DNA of 62,977 nucleotides, the filler included, from Octopus bimaculoides (Eukaryota): NCBI RefSeq assembly GCF_001194135.2. It is 7 parts of 6 records of this genome, joined end to end, with 100 filler letters (N's around TTAATTAATTAA, not from the genome) between each part and the next. Parts side by side here need not be neighbours in the genome. Positions count along the whole stretch, not along the records: positions 48,032 to 52,542 come from NC_068981.1; positions 52,643 to 62,977 come from NC_068985.1; 5 more parts are not named here. One strand, written 5' to 3'. Both the position numbers and the translations under genes were made by a program. Under the pieces are notes generated by a model. It was not told the origin of the DNA. It did no database searches and saw only the letters and a list, made by a program, of their open reading frames with translations. Within the stretch, counting starts at the first letter, position 1. Every line of letters begins with the position of its first letter. Shown here one piece after another: positions 49,885-62,898 of this stretch.

Positions 49885-50035
49885 TGGACTCCTTTTAGTT
49901 ACAATCTACCAAATTCACTTACAAGGTTTTGATCAGCCTGAGGTAGACTCTTGCCCAAGATGTCACGCAGTAGGACTGAACTCAGAACCATGTGATTGAG
50001 TAGCAAACTTCTTACTACACAACTACACTTGCACC
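49885..50035 (-). mobile_element. SINE family A, 5' half
   Basis: TCTACCAAATTCACTTACAAGG..TTGCCCAAG..GGACTGAAC..CTTACTACACA. Confidence 0.75.
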
Positions 50036-52359
50036 TATACAATATAAAATGCACACACATACACACCCGCTCCCATACATGAACGTTAATCTTGAGCACA
50101 TTAAAATATTTTTTAAGTGACTGAGTACTATGTATCTCCTGCACTAGTCTTACGGCTCTGTGTGTGTGTGTGCGTATGGCTAGAGAAGGAGACATACAGA
50201 CAGATTATATCTCCTGTAATAGAAACCATAAATCACTTTAGTTTTTATATTTTCATTTATTTTATAATCGAACTTATTGTAATAATCATTTATATTTCTT
50301 AATAAGACACATGTATCTTCATATCGATATTACATCACGTATATGACATTTTCTTTCGGAAGCCGAGCTATTGTGATATTAGGAAAATGTCAACCTTTAT
50401 TACTTTTTATATCAGAATATCCATTACTAGTGGAAATTATTTTCAATATAAAAGATTTAGTAAAATCTCGACTCGCTTTAGACGAGCAATTTGCGAGCGA
50501 TAGTTGGTTATTATTCATTATATCAGAAATTATGGGGTTCATTATTGTGACTTTGATGCTGTTGGAATTAATTACAATATTGGTATGTTGAAACTGACCC
50601 TAAGTTCTCCGCGTACCTTCATCATTATTCGTAATTCTTCGATATTTTATCCCCTCACTCCATTAAAAAGAAAAATAATGTATAACCAATTTAAATTTTT
50701 GGTACTATTTTTAAATCTAAACGACAGCAAGAAATAGAAATTACAGAGAGAGAGAGAGAAAAAAAACTAAAATCATAGGTGGAAATTTTTTAAAAAAGCA
50801 ATAGGAATATAAACCATCATTAATAATCAACTGTCATTTACGAACCAACAGGATCAATTTCTGTTTATTAATATTATTAATTAAAATATATATATATATT
50901 AAAATATATAAATAGCTATTTCATAATTTCGTAATGAAAAGGGGCATTTTCGTTTTCTTTTTTTCTTCTTCAAACAATCTTTGATCTGATTGAGAAAAAT
51001 TTTAGAATGCTATCAATTTAAAAGACTACATAAGATTCTTAACCATTTTATTATTAGGAAGCAAGCCACACTGACAACTGTATTCGTCTTAATTTCTAGC
51101 GGTAGGAAAGAGAAAGTATGCTGCCTGTATACAATATTAAATTATTAGCAGGTGTAGGAGTAACGCCCAATCAATGAAAATCGAAATCACCTGTATACGT
51201 TACAATGGATGAATGGTACGAGAATTATTTTAACAGACTGCTTTTACATATATATATGTATATATATATAAGAACATTGTGCCATTTATATAAATATATA
51301 TATACAGTTATAAACACACACTAAGAGAAAGATTGCTTCATCATACTAACCTCCATTCTATCAACAGAATATTTTAGCAGACATAATCAGTTGTTTGTTG
51401 TTTTCTTTCTTTCACACCCTCTTCTTTTCACTTTACATTTGCTTCTCGATGGCTCTCCATTTAGACAAGCACTCACGCATACCGTTCTTACAAAGTTAGC
51501 TCCCTTGATATTTCCGTATCACAACAGCTTGTTGACATATGTACATTACCTAAATATGTGTGTGTATGTATGTGTACATGTGTGTGTATAGTTGTAGGCT
51601 TGTGACTGTGTGTTGGGTTATGCTCTTTAGATTTTTTTTTCATTAATATTAACTAATTCTAATTTATATTAATGGATATACGTATCTAAACATTAAAATC
51701 CGAAAGATCAAAATGATAATTATGTGCTGACTAAAAACGTAAACAAATCGTGCATCGTCTGCTGAATAAACGTCAAACCGACAAGGGTGCCTCTGTTGTT
51801 ATGGTAAGGGGAACCATTATAGTACCGAGGTCGAATGCAATTCAATATGAATATATTGGGGTGCATCTCTACTGAGAAAAATAACGCTGTTTTAAAAATT
51901 ATACAAATCCATGTGCATGCAACTCATATTAAATTACTTGACATTTGAACTGTTTATCTTTATCCCATAATTTTTTTTTTCAATGAATTTTTTTTTTTAG
52001 GAATACTCCGTCAACGGTGGGTTTCGATTTGGAATGTCGCTGAAATTTCCTTCGAGAACGAGGATCCCCCTATCTTGTCCCAGAAAGTCGCTCGACCAAC
52101 TAGAAATAGTGACCAATTGTCTATAGAATCTACTCAGCCGTCTTTATAACGGGAAGACACATTGGATAGTAGCCTATGTTCGATAGAGAAAAGATGGAAT
52201 GATCACGATAGGAAAGCGCTTGCTCATAGATTTGCTTGATCAGGGCTAGCATGTGGAAATAATAACAAGTGAACGATGTGCTAACCATTACACACACTCA
52301 CTCACACACATACACAGACAAGATAGATAGATAGATAGATAGATTATAGATAGATAGAT

Positions 52360-52413
<54 letters not shown>

Positions 52414-53210
52414 TGTATACTCAATATATGTAGTAGAGTTTATTGGAAGCTAGTATTTCACTTCATCGTCACTCATTCCCATTCCATTTTCTTTTTCCTC
52501 GGATTATATTTTATGGGTTCGAAAGTATAAATGAAATTAGATNNNNNNNNNNNNNNNNNNNNNNNNNNNNNNNNNNNNNNNNNNNNTTAATTAATTAANN
52601 NNNNNNNNNNNNNNNNNNNNNNNNNNNNNNNNNNNNNNNNNNTATATATATATATACATATATATACATGGGAGAATATACAGATAATAACAACAGACGA
52701 GGACAGGTGGTGTAAATAACAAAAGTATATATTAGTATGACGCTCGGGAATACGGAAAGTCTTTGACGTTTCGAGCTACATATATATATATATATACTCA
52801 CCTATATATATATATATGTATTTATGTAAACATAAATTTGTGTATATGTATATACCAATATATATATATATATATATATCCACACAAATTTCACAGTAAC
52901 AAACACACACACATATATATCAATGTATGTATGTTTGTGTGTGTGCATGTGTGTATGAGTTTGTACGCTACGCACACTAAAATGTTCTTACAGCATACAG
53001 ACGAGAACCAGTCAGTACATGTGAGCGAAAATGAAGATAGGCATGGATTCAATACAATTTATACACTCACATGATCAGAGCTAGCTTGGAGTAAACAATT
53101 TCTTTTCAAATTCAACGTGTCCTATCTATATGTACCTACGGAGATTAATAGACTACCTATTACCATTTAGAGGCATAACTTGTATAAGGTACAAAATGTT
53201 ATCAATTATC

Positions 53211-53267
<57 letters not shown>

Positions 53268-53287
53268 ATATATATATATATATATAT

Positions 53288-53790
53288 TCTTTACTCTTTT
53301 CTCTTTTACTCTTTTATTTGTTTCAGTCATTTGACTGCGGCCATGCTGGAGCACCGCCTTTTAGTCGAGCAAATCGACCCCAGGACTTATTCTTTGAAAG
53401 TCTAGTACTTATTCTATCGGTCTCTTTTGCCGAACCGCTAAGTTGCGGGGACATAAACACACCACCATCGGTTGTCAAGCGATGCTGGGGGAGGGGACAA
53501 ACACAGACACACAAACATATGCACACACACACATACATACATATATATATATATAAATANNNNNNNNNNNNNNNNNNNNNNNNNNNNNNNNNNNNNNNNN
53601 NNNNNNNNNNNNNNNNNNNNNNNNNNNNNNNNNNNNNNNNNNNNNNNNNNNNNNNNNNNNNNNNNNNNNNNNNNNNNNNNNNNNNNNNNTATATATATAT
53701 ATATAGTATAAGACACTTGCCCAAGGTGCCACGCAGTGGGAATGAACCCTGAACCATGTGGTTGGTAAGCAAGCTACTTACCACGCAGCC
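53288..53790 (-). mobile_element. SINE family A spanning an N gap
   Basis: Reverse-complement tail, body and head; lies head to head with the next copy. Confidence 0.9.
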
Positions 53791-53791
53791 A

Positions 53792-54152
53792 AGGCGCAGG
53801 AGTGGCTGTGTGGTAAGAAGCTTACTTCCTAACCACATGGTTCCGGCTTCAGTCCTCAGATTGACACCCAAACACTCTGAAATGTTCGTATTGGAGCTTC
53901 TGGCGCAAATGTATATATATGTATATATATGCATATATATATATGCGTGTGTGTATATTTGTGTTTGTCTCCTATCATCACTTGACAACCCATGCTGGTG
54001 TGTTTACGTACCCGTAGCTTAGCGTTTCGGCAAAGAAAATCGATAGAATAAGTAGTAGACTTACAAAGAATAAGTCCTGCGGTCGATTTGTTCGACTAAA
54101 CGCGGTGCTCCAACATGGCCATAGTCAAATGACTGAAACGAATAAAAGAATA
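53792..54152 (+). mobile_element. SINE family A
   Basis: GGCGCAGGAGTGGCTGTGTGGTAAG head; 3' half CTTAGCGTTTCGGCAAAG..GACTGAAACG. Confidence 0.9.
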
Positions 54153-54267
54153 AACGGAAGAAAGAGGAGATAAGCCTGTACTGGTAGTTAAGAAAGTTTG
54201 TTGAAATGTATTTAACCAATTCACCTTTAATAATAATAAATATGGTAAAAACAATAATATTTTTTAC

Positions 54268-54474
54268 TATAGGCACAAGCCCTGAACTTTGTGTGGGTGA
54301 ACGTAAGTCGATCACGTCGACCCCAGTACTTAACTGGTACTTAATCTATCGCCCGCGGAAGATTGAAAAACAAAGTCGATCTCGACGGAATTTGATCTCC
54401 GAACGTATATCCGGACAGCATGCCACTAAGCATTTTACCTGGCGTGCTAATGATTCCGCCGGATCGCCGCCTTG
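54268..54474 (-). mobile_element. tRNA-derived SINE, family B (diverged)
   Basis: Reverse complement of the 56816-57030 family. Confidence 0.75.
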
Positions 54475-54624
54475 ACAATAATAATGTTAATAATAATGAT
54501 AATAATCATAGAAATAATGATGATATGTGTTTTATAAATATAAAACAGTCTCGCATTATATATAAATCCGAAATATCTACTATGAATAGGAAAACACTTG
54601 TGTGTATAAAATGTATCATGTCTT

Positions 54625-55116
54625 AATGCAGAAGAGGCCTACAACAAGTGCCTCGAGGAGGTAGTGCTACCCTGGGTCAAGAGGGTGACTGTTGGAAGGC
54701 TATGTCTGGCAACATGACTCTGCGCTATGCCACACGAGCAGGAGTTTCCAGTCATGGCTGTCAGACAATTTCTGCTACCACATCACCCTTGACATCTGTC
54801 CACCTAACTCCCTAGACTGTGGGTCGTAGTTGAGCGAGAGACTAACAAAACTCTTTGTAACAACAAAGATGAACTGAAGGAAAAGACTATCACAATATTG
54901 ACCAACTTAAACAAGGAGACCGTCCAGAAGAGTTGCAAGAGATTCCGAAGTCGTCTGGAGGCCGTGGTTGAAGCCAATGGCGACTTTATTGAATACATTT
55001 ACACTACAGTATTTCAAGATGTTTTAATGTAATTTTGGTAAATATATCTGTTAAAATGAGATATGAGTGTTATTTCCATTTTTGCGTAATTTAGACGACA
55101 ATTTATTCACCGCATG

Positions 55117-55122
<6 letters not shown>
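54625..55122 (+). mobile_element. Tc1/mariner transposase C-terminal half and right end
   Basis: KCLEEVVLPWVKRV..WQ.DSA.CHT..PPNS.D..FRSRLEAVVEANGDFIE; ends ..TCACCGCATGCTG-TGTA. Confidence 0.82.
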
Positions 55123-55179
<57 letters not shown>

Positions 55180-55729
55180 TACATGCGTACATACTTTTCA
55201 TGTTGTATATTTATATATATACATGCATATGATATATACATATATCTATGTATATATATGTGTGTATATATGTGTGTGCGTGCGCATGTGTATGTATGTA
55301 AGACTAGAAGTATTTGTTACCAACCAGTACCATACAAATATATTCTCTCTCCCTACATTCAATATTTCCACCCAATACTTTTTCTCTCTCCCAACTGACA
55401 CTCCCCTTTCACTCACACTTTCCATTCACTCACTCAGATTGATGCTCGACCAAATAATCGTTAATGCACATTAGTGACAGCAGATACAAATTTTGATGGA
55501 GTGGTTACCATGACAAATTGATTGATGGTAAGATGGTGGTGACTGACTCACTCTCTATTATACCCTCTCGTATTGTATATATTTATATATTCCCAAGTCA
55601 GCTTAACCTGTGATAAATAAACTTGTGTATAAATCTCCCATTTATTCGTTGTTGTTATCCTTTTGCTTCTACGTTCACCGTCCATCTTTTAGGCACACAA
55701 GTGACACCTACTGCACAAATATATTTTAC

Positions 55730-55950
55730 TTGCTTTCAGTCACTGGACTGCGGCCACGCTGGGGCAACGCCTAGAAACATTTTTTAGTCGAATGGATCGA
55801 CTCCGGTACTTGTGTTTTTTAAAGCCTGGTACTTATTCAATCGATTTCTTTTACTGAACAGCTAAGTTACGAAGATGTAAACACGCCAATACCGGTTATC
55901 AAGTGGTGGTGGGGTATATACACTGAAAGAAACACACACATACATATTTA

Positions 55951-55989
<39 letters not shown>

Positions 55990-56146
55990 GATGGACTTCT
56001 TTTAGTTTCCGTTTACCAAATCCACTCACAAGGCTTTGGTCGGCTCGGGGCTATAGTAGGAAACACTTACCCAAGGTCCGACGCAGTGGGACGGAACCCG
56101 GAACCATGTGTTTCGGAAGCAAACTTCTTACCACGCAGCCACGCTT
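55730..56146 (-). mobile_element. SINE family A, full length
   Basis: Reverse-complement tail, central microsatellite and head CTTACCACGCAGCC. Confidence 0.9.
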
Positions 56147-56476
56147 GTTTCTTACATTGTTTTAAACTAATTACAAGATAACTTTGTTTAAAAAGAACAT
56201 TAAGGAAAAATGTTTGCCTGAGGTCTAAGAATAAAAAAAGATGTACTTTGGGAGTGTCTTAATTATGATACATGTACGTGCGGACGAAAGAAATAGCAAC
56301 CAACGTCTTTCAAATTACGTACTATTCTCCTAAAAAGGAGGGAAAAAAATTAACTCTTTCAATTATTCATTGTTGGAACGTCTTTGATTATAAGTATGAC
56401 TAATGGTGTCTGTAACTAATACAAAACTGCTAAGGGAAGCTATATTTAAATTATTACTATTACTGCTAGTACCGCT

Positions 56477-56507
<31 letters not shown>

Positions 56508-56815
56508 ACTGCTGCTGCTAATGCCACTCAGTACTCACTACTCACAATATGTTTTTGCTGTTGTTGTTTAGCCCGTGGTAAGCCCCATTCAAGTAGACTG
56601 CATAAAAGAGTAGTCTAGCGATGCCCGACGAAGGTGCAAGTACGTAAAGACTCCTGCGATTTTTGTTCCTTTCAGACAATGTATGAAGGACGATGATAAA
56701 TTTTACCTTTTAAAGTACGGAATTTTCTTTATACCAGAAGTAGCATGCCTTTAATTTCTGCTTCTTTTACTAGGCACAACTCCAGCATAGTTACCATTAA
56801 TATCTCTATATCCCC

Positions 56816-57030
56816 AAGGCGGTGAACTGGCAGAATCGTTAGCAAACCGGACAAAATGCTCAGCGGCATATCGTCCGTCAAGGCGTTCTGAGTTCAAATT
56901 CCGCCGAGGTTGACTTTACCTTTCATCCTCTCGAGGTCGATAAAATAAGTATCAGTTGAGTACTTGGGTCGGTCTAATCGACTTTTCCCCTCCCACGAAA
57001 TTGGTGGTCTTGTGCCAAAATTTGAAGTCA
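56816..57030 (+). mobile_element. tRNA-derived SINE, family B
   Basis: A-box-like TGGCAGAATCG, B-box GAGTTCAAATT, central CCTTTCATCCTCTCGAGGTCGATAAAATAAGTA. The centre resembles the shared domain of invertebrate MetaSINE-type elements; that assignment is from memory and unverified. Confidence 0.85.
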
Positions 57031-58949
57031 ATATTTCTATGTCCAACAGGAAAAGTGACTTTGTATCTGATCTCGTTACGTCTGCCATAATAACCCGTCT
57101 ATATTGCGATAAAAATCGAAAACTAGCATAGTCAACGAAATGGTAAATGTCCTTCATCACCACCTTGGTGTTCGCATGACATGAGAGCAATGGTGCAGCT
57201 ACGTAATACCAAGCGAGTGTCTCACAATTTCACCTTGTCTTTTCTTTCGCTATATCATTCGTCGTAAGTACAACAAATCGTTCCTGTAGGAATGTTGAAT
57301 GGCCAACATCTGTTTCAACATATCTGATAGGATATATTCTTGTTACTGCTTTGAAAGCAACTGGTAACTCCGGCAATGTATTAGTATGCACAAATATGCG
57401 GCTCGTCTTCCGACATAATTCTTGAATAATGTCATCAGGAAAGAAGAGAGGTTTGCACTGCAAATTCTTTTCTCTAACTATTTGCTCTTAGGAAACCTTT
57501 GATCAGGTCCAGTGTTTCTGTTTGATGAACTTTCGAAGACATTTCTTTTTTTTTCATTTTGGCTCGGTGAATGCAAGAGTCGTTGATTTTGTTGCTTTTA
57601 TTACTAACAATATCAGACAGAGCTTGCGTTCTAGGGTTAGTAATTTCCAGCAAAACCCCTTTTGCCTTGTCTCTAGAGTTGTGTATGATATACATGTTTT
57701 CTGCTCATTGTTAAAGTTTTAGGTAGGGGCTTTCTTAATTTTTGTTAGTTTTACCACCTGCTGTTGCTATCCTCCTGGAATTGCTATTAAGTCACATACT
57801 TTGCCTGGGATCTCTGATAGGTTGGGTATTTTGTATGGGATCTCTGTTCAGTCGGGAATTTTGTCTTGCGTCTCAGGTTTCAACTGAATCAGCATTTGGA
57901 ACCTCGTTTCAACCCAATTTTCTTTTCCAAATCTTTTTATTTCTAGCTACGTGCAATGGTGTTCTAAAGCTACATATTTCTCCGCACATCAGAAGTCTAG
58001 TTCTGATGGTGTATTTGAGTTTTTTTTTTAGTCAGATCAATCTCAGTCCCATATCAATCGTTATCAATGTCAAATTTTCATTTTCTTTTTGTGGAACGGT
58101 GAAAGTATTTTGTACTAGGGTTTCCGAATGGACCTTGAACATGTGTCAGATGTATCCGAACATATTTGAAGGTTGCCCAAATTCATGTCTTGTCATATGT
58201 TCCTTAAAGAGAGTTCAGCCTGTTCTGTAGTTATACGATGTAATTTGTGCTACTTTGTCGATAAGCATTTATTTAGAAATGCTTTCCTTTCCGTTTGATT
58301 AAAAAGCCGTTGCGATATATTGAGCGTAACACTTCTCTGTTCTAGTCAGTTAATGTATTTTTCCGCCTCTTTTAAATGTCCATGCTTATAGTCGTCAGAT
58401 GAAATCGACCATGTTTGTGATCTCGGCGAAAGAGATGGTTTTGCTGCGTTTTCACTGCTACTACTACAGAGTGTGGTAGGATAAACATTGTCGCTGCTGT
58501 TATTGCTTCTTATTAAGGTGGTGGTGGTGGTGGTAATGCTCGATTTGCTGCTGCTGTTGATCTTTCAAGCTTTTTGTTTGACATATAGTTTTCCACGCGT
58601 TACTGGTGTAGTTGGTTTTCTATTTCTAGTTGTTTTTGTTTTCGTTGTCGTTGTTACTGTTGCAACAGATACTGCTACTAATATTTTTAATTAACACTAC
58701 ATTCGTAATATTGTGTAGTAAGAAATGATTGGGAAAACTTCCTCTAATTTTTCTTACTTGCTGGCTGGTCAACGAAGGCAACTGAAGTCTAAAATTTTTC
58801 TTTTCCTGTGTCTTGAAATATTTACTTTCATTTAAAATTTGGCTCCCAAGAGTGGCTGCGCAAAATGGACAACAACAACAACGACAGCAGCAGTAGCAAC
58901 AGCAGCCGCAACAACAACAACAACAACAGCAATAATAATAATCTTTTCT

Positions 58950-59150
58950 ACTATAAGAACAGGGCTTGAAATTTTGGGGGAGGGGATAAGTCGATTATTT
59001 TGATTCCAGTGCTCAACTGGTACTTAATTTATCGACCCCGAAATGATAAAAAGCAAAGTGAACTTCGACAAAATTTGAACTCAGAACATAAAGACGGACG
59101 AAATGCCGCTAAGCATTTTGCCCGGCGTGCTAACGATTCTGCCAGCTCGC
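58950..59150 (-). mobile_element. SINE family B
   Basis: Reverse complement of the family B head and centre. Confidence 0.8.
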
Positions 59151-59197
59151 TACTTTAACAAAAAGAATAATAATTATAGTAACAGTAACAATAGTAA

Positions 59198-59233
<36 letters not shown>

Positions 59234-59304
59234 TGCGCTCGGTAGTGAAGTGAAAGTACGTTATAAAAATAAAACTACTGAATAATAATAATAATAATAA
59301 TAAT

Positions 59305-59490
59305 GGTGTCAAATTTCGCCACAAGGACAGTAGCTTTGGGGAAGAGGTTAAATCGATTGCATCGACCCCAATGCACAGCTGGTACTTATTTTATCAACAC
59401 CAAAAGGATGAAAGGCAAAGTCAAACTCGGTGTATTTTGAATTCAGAACGCTAAGACGGACGAAATACTGCTAAGCATTTCGCCCGGCAT
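59305..59490 (-). mobile_element. SINE family B (5' end lost in gap)
   Basis: GCTGGTACTTATTTTATCAAC..GGATGAAAGGCAAAGTC..TTGAATTCAGAACG. Confidence 0.8.
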
Positions 59491-59794
59491 TNNNNNNNNN
59501 NNNNNNNNNNNNNNNNNNNNNNNNNNNNNNNNNNNNNNNNNNNNNNNNNNNNNNNNNNNNNNNNNNNNNNNNNNNNNNNNNNNNNNNNNNNNNNNNNNNN
59601 NNNNNNNNNNNNNNNNNNNNNNNNNNNNNNNNNNNNNNNNNNNNNNNNNNNNNNNNNNNNNNNNNNNNNNNNNNNNNNNNNNNNNNNNNNNNNNNNNNNN
59701 NNNNNNNNNNNNNNNNNNNNNNNNNNNNNNNNNNNNNNNNNNNNNNNNNNNNNNNNNNNNNNNNNNNNNNNNNNNNNNNNNNNNNNNNNNNNNN

Positions 59795-59992
59795 AACTTG
59801 TTGTCTCTTGAGGTCTCTGGGTGAGACTTGGATCCAACTTGTACAAATGCAAAACAAAAGTCAAACATAAAATAATAATAATAATAATACAGTAAACATA
59901 AGAGCACCACAGCAAACCACAGCACATACCCAAGGCGCACAGAGCTGCGCTCGGTAGTGAAGTGAAAGCACGTTATAAAAATAAAACTACTG
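59795..59992 (+). mobile_element. Stacked R4-clade 3' ends: family beta (59795-59872), (AAT)n, family alpha (about 59890-59992)
   Basis: The beta end matches the reverse complement of 11029-11105; the alpha end is ..AAATAAAACTACTG. An even shorter alpha end lies at 59234-59280. Confidence 0.85.
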
Positions 59993-59998
59993 AACAAC

Positions 59999-60097
<99 letters not shown>

Positions 60098-60099
60098 AG

Positions 60100-60639
60100 G
60101 AAGGAATATGTCCAGAGACTTGACAGAGTTGAGGCCTATATAAACTGGAAGGTTTGTCAACGCTATGGAATGACAACAGAAAAAATATGGTACAGGCATA
60201 TCCCAGAAAATGTGTCAGAAAATGAAAAAGCAACCGTACTCTGGGATATGCCAATACACACAGATAGAGAAATCAAGGCTAATTGACCGGATATAGTTGT
60301 CAGAGATCAATAAGGAAAAAATGCCTTCTAATCGATGTTTCTATCCCAATGGATGACAAAAGAAACGGAGAAACTCTGAAAATACAAAGATTTGGAAATA
60401 TAGACCACCCAAATGTTCAGCCTAAAAATAAACATTCAGAGAAATATGTAACAAAAACACTAGGAGTTACGAATGTACATAATATAAAGAAAATAGCACT
60501 ACAAGGCACCGCGCACATCTTACTTAAAGCACTTTCAATATAGTGACAATACGAACATTGCAATAATCCGCAGCACATACCCAAAGCACACAGAGTTGCG
60601 CTCGGTAGTGCAGTGAAAGCACGTGAAAAAATAAGCTTA

Positions 60640-60642
<3 letters not shown>
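60100..60642 (+). mobile_element. 5'-truncated R4/Dong-like copy (family alpha)
   Basis: YINWKVCQRYG..TVLWDMPIHTDREIKAN..CLLIDVSIP..KKIALQGTAHILLKALSI; followed by (AAT)n. Confidence 0.88.
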
Positions 60643-60710
<68 letters not shown>

Positions 60711-60730
60711 TGATGATGATGATAATGATA

Positions 60731-61863
60731 CAGATAACATTTAGGATGCACTACTCAAAATCTGACTAAGAAAAGCTATATATACAACGTATCAAAATTA
60801 GTAGAAGCCTTATACATCTAGAAAACTATTACAAAATAACCACTATAGGACTATAGAAATACCTACTTCAGAAGTAAGGAAAACTAATACAAATAGTCAC
60901 AAAACGCGAACAAAACAAAAAACTGTCTTCTGTCTGTAAAGAAGCTGACAATTACAAAAATTAAGTCATCGTACCTAACAACTATTAAGAAAAAGAAGAA
61001 ACAACAAAAGCTGTACAAAAACTGAAATTCAATCTAGAACTGGAACAAGAAAAGCCCCTACATGGCAAATAAGGAGTTAAGTTAAACAGAAAAGAAATAG
61101 ACAAAGCAAAATCCCTAAAATGGCGGAGAAGCTCAGGACTCAAAGCAGAGACGGAAGGATTTTTAATTGCAGCTCAGAATCAAAACCTACTCAGCAGAAA
61201 TCACCAAAAATACGTAATGGAATGTAACTACAGAATATGTGATGATGGAGAAGAAACAATAAATCATATATTTCTGGCTGCTCAGTCCTTGCTAAGAAGG
61301 AATATATCCACAGACACGACAGATTTGGGACCTATATACACTGGAATCAATGCCAACACTATGGAATAACAGCAGGAAAAAGATGGTATAGGCAGACTCC
61401 AGAAAAGGTCACTGAAAATAAGAAAGCAACCATAGTCTGAGAAATGCCAATACACACAGAAAAATTAAAGCCAATATGCTGGATATAGGTGTTAGAGATC
61501 AGCGAGAAAGAAAAGTACTTTCTAATCGATGTAGCAACACTAACTGATGACAATGACTAAAAGAAATAGAGAAAATTTAAAATGCAAAGATCAGGAAATA
61601 GAGCTAACTCGAATGTGGAGCCTAAAAACAGAAACAATTCCTATTATAGTTGGCGCATTAGGTATAAGGAAAAAAGCATTCGGGACTTACAAATATATAT
61701 AACATACAGAAAATAGCACTAATATGCACTGCACATATCCTACGTAAAACATTTTTAAAACAGTGAAAATAAGAGCACCACAGCAAACCACAGCACATAC
61801 CCAAGGTACACAGAGCTGCGCTTGGTAGTGCAGCGAAAGCATGTGATAACAATAAGACTACTG
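60731..61863 (+). mobile_element. 5'-truncated R4/Dong-like copy (family alpha), about 1.1 kb
   Basis: SSGLKAETEGFLIAAQNQNL..RICDDGEETINHI..HRHD..TIPIIVGALG; the 3' UTR runs into (AAT/GAT/TAC)n. Confidence 0.88.
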
Positions 61864-61918
61864 AATAATGATAATAATGATGATGATGATGATGATGATG
61901 ATGATTAGATAATAATTA

Positions 61919-61977
<59 letters not shown>

Positions 61978-61999
61978 ATAATAATAATAATAAAAATAA

Positions 62000-62530
62000 A
62001 TGCCCGGATGCAATACCGGGCAATGGCTCACATGACATCTGATCTTAACTGACTGGAAATAATATCATATACATTGTTTTGTCGTGATATAAAAGATGGG
62101 CTACAGCAAACATTCTGCCCAATACCACGGATTTGCTTGTCAGTTGCTTGACCTTAACCAGTTGAGTATGTCCCTTGGTGGCTGACGATATGTGTGTCTC
62201 TGATCACAAGCAGAAGTGGTAGGGGAGCATTATAGTCATGTGTTGAGAGGAATTCTTTGGGGTTTGGATAATTCACTTCTAGAAACATGCGTGTTTCCTT
62301 CAACAGGAAACACGCAGGGAGCATCTACTCGACCTGAAGAAAATTCAAACTTGCCCTACCTGCAAAGTCATGCGCTGTTTATCTTGATATGAAATCACTA
62401 TATCGCGCATACATGGTTTTGACGCATGTGTCTGGTGTACTCTTATCAAAAGGGTAGTTATGATGTGTATACAGGGCTTCATATATTTTACTTCAGTGTA
62501 ATTTTAATGGTACGCATTGCTCTTTCAGTC
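62000..62530 (+). mobile_element. About 530-bp non-coding retroposon flanked by (AAT)n (same family as 9678-10195)
   Basis: ATGCCCGGATGCAATACCGGGCAATGGCTC ... GCTCTTTCAGTC followed by (AAT)n. Confidence 0.8.
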
Positions 62531-62600
<70 letters not shown>

Positions 62601-62898
62601 TTCCTACTATGATAGGAATTGTTTCTGTGGAATCTAAAAACAGAAACAATTCCAATCGTAGTAAGTGCCTTAGGTATAATAAAAAAATATTCAGACAAAT
62701 ACATAACAAAAACACCAGGACTTACAAATGTATATAACATACAGAAAATTGCACTACTGGGCACTACACACATCCTACGCAAAACACTTTCAATACAGTA
62801 ACCATAAGAGCATCACAGAAAATCACAGCACATACCCAAGGCACACAGAGCTGCGCTCGGTAGTGAAGTGAAAGCACGCTATAAAAATAAAACTACTG
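62601..62898 (+). mobile_element. R4/Dong-like 3' end (family alpha)
   Basis: WNLKTETIPIVVSALGIIKKYSDKY..QKIALLGTTHILRKTLSIQ; ends AAATAAAACTACTG followed by an AAT-type repeat. Confidence 0.9.

Noticed and set aside
53792-53860. tRNA gene calls for SINE heads (also 35512, 48762, 56816)
   Set aside because: They have A/B boxes but no full cloverleaf or poly-T terminator, and they continue into SINE bodies.
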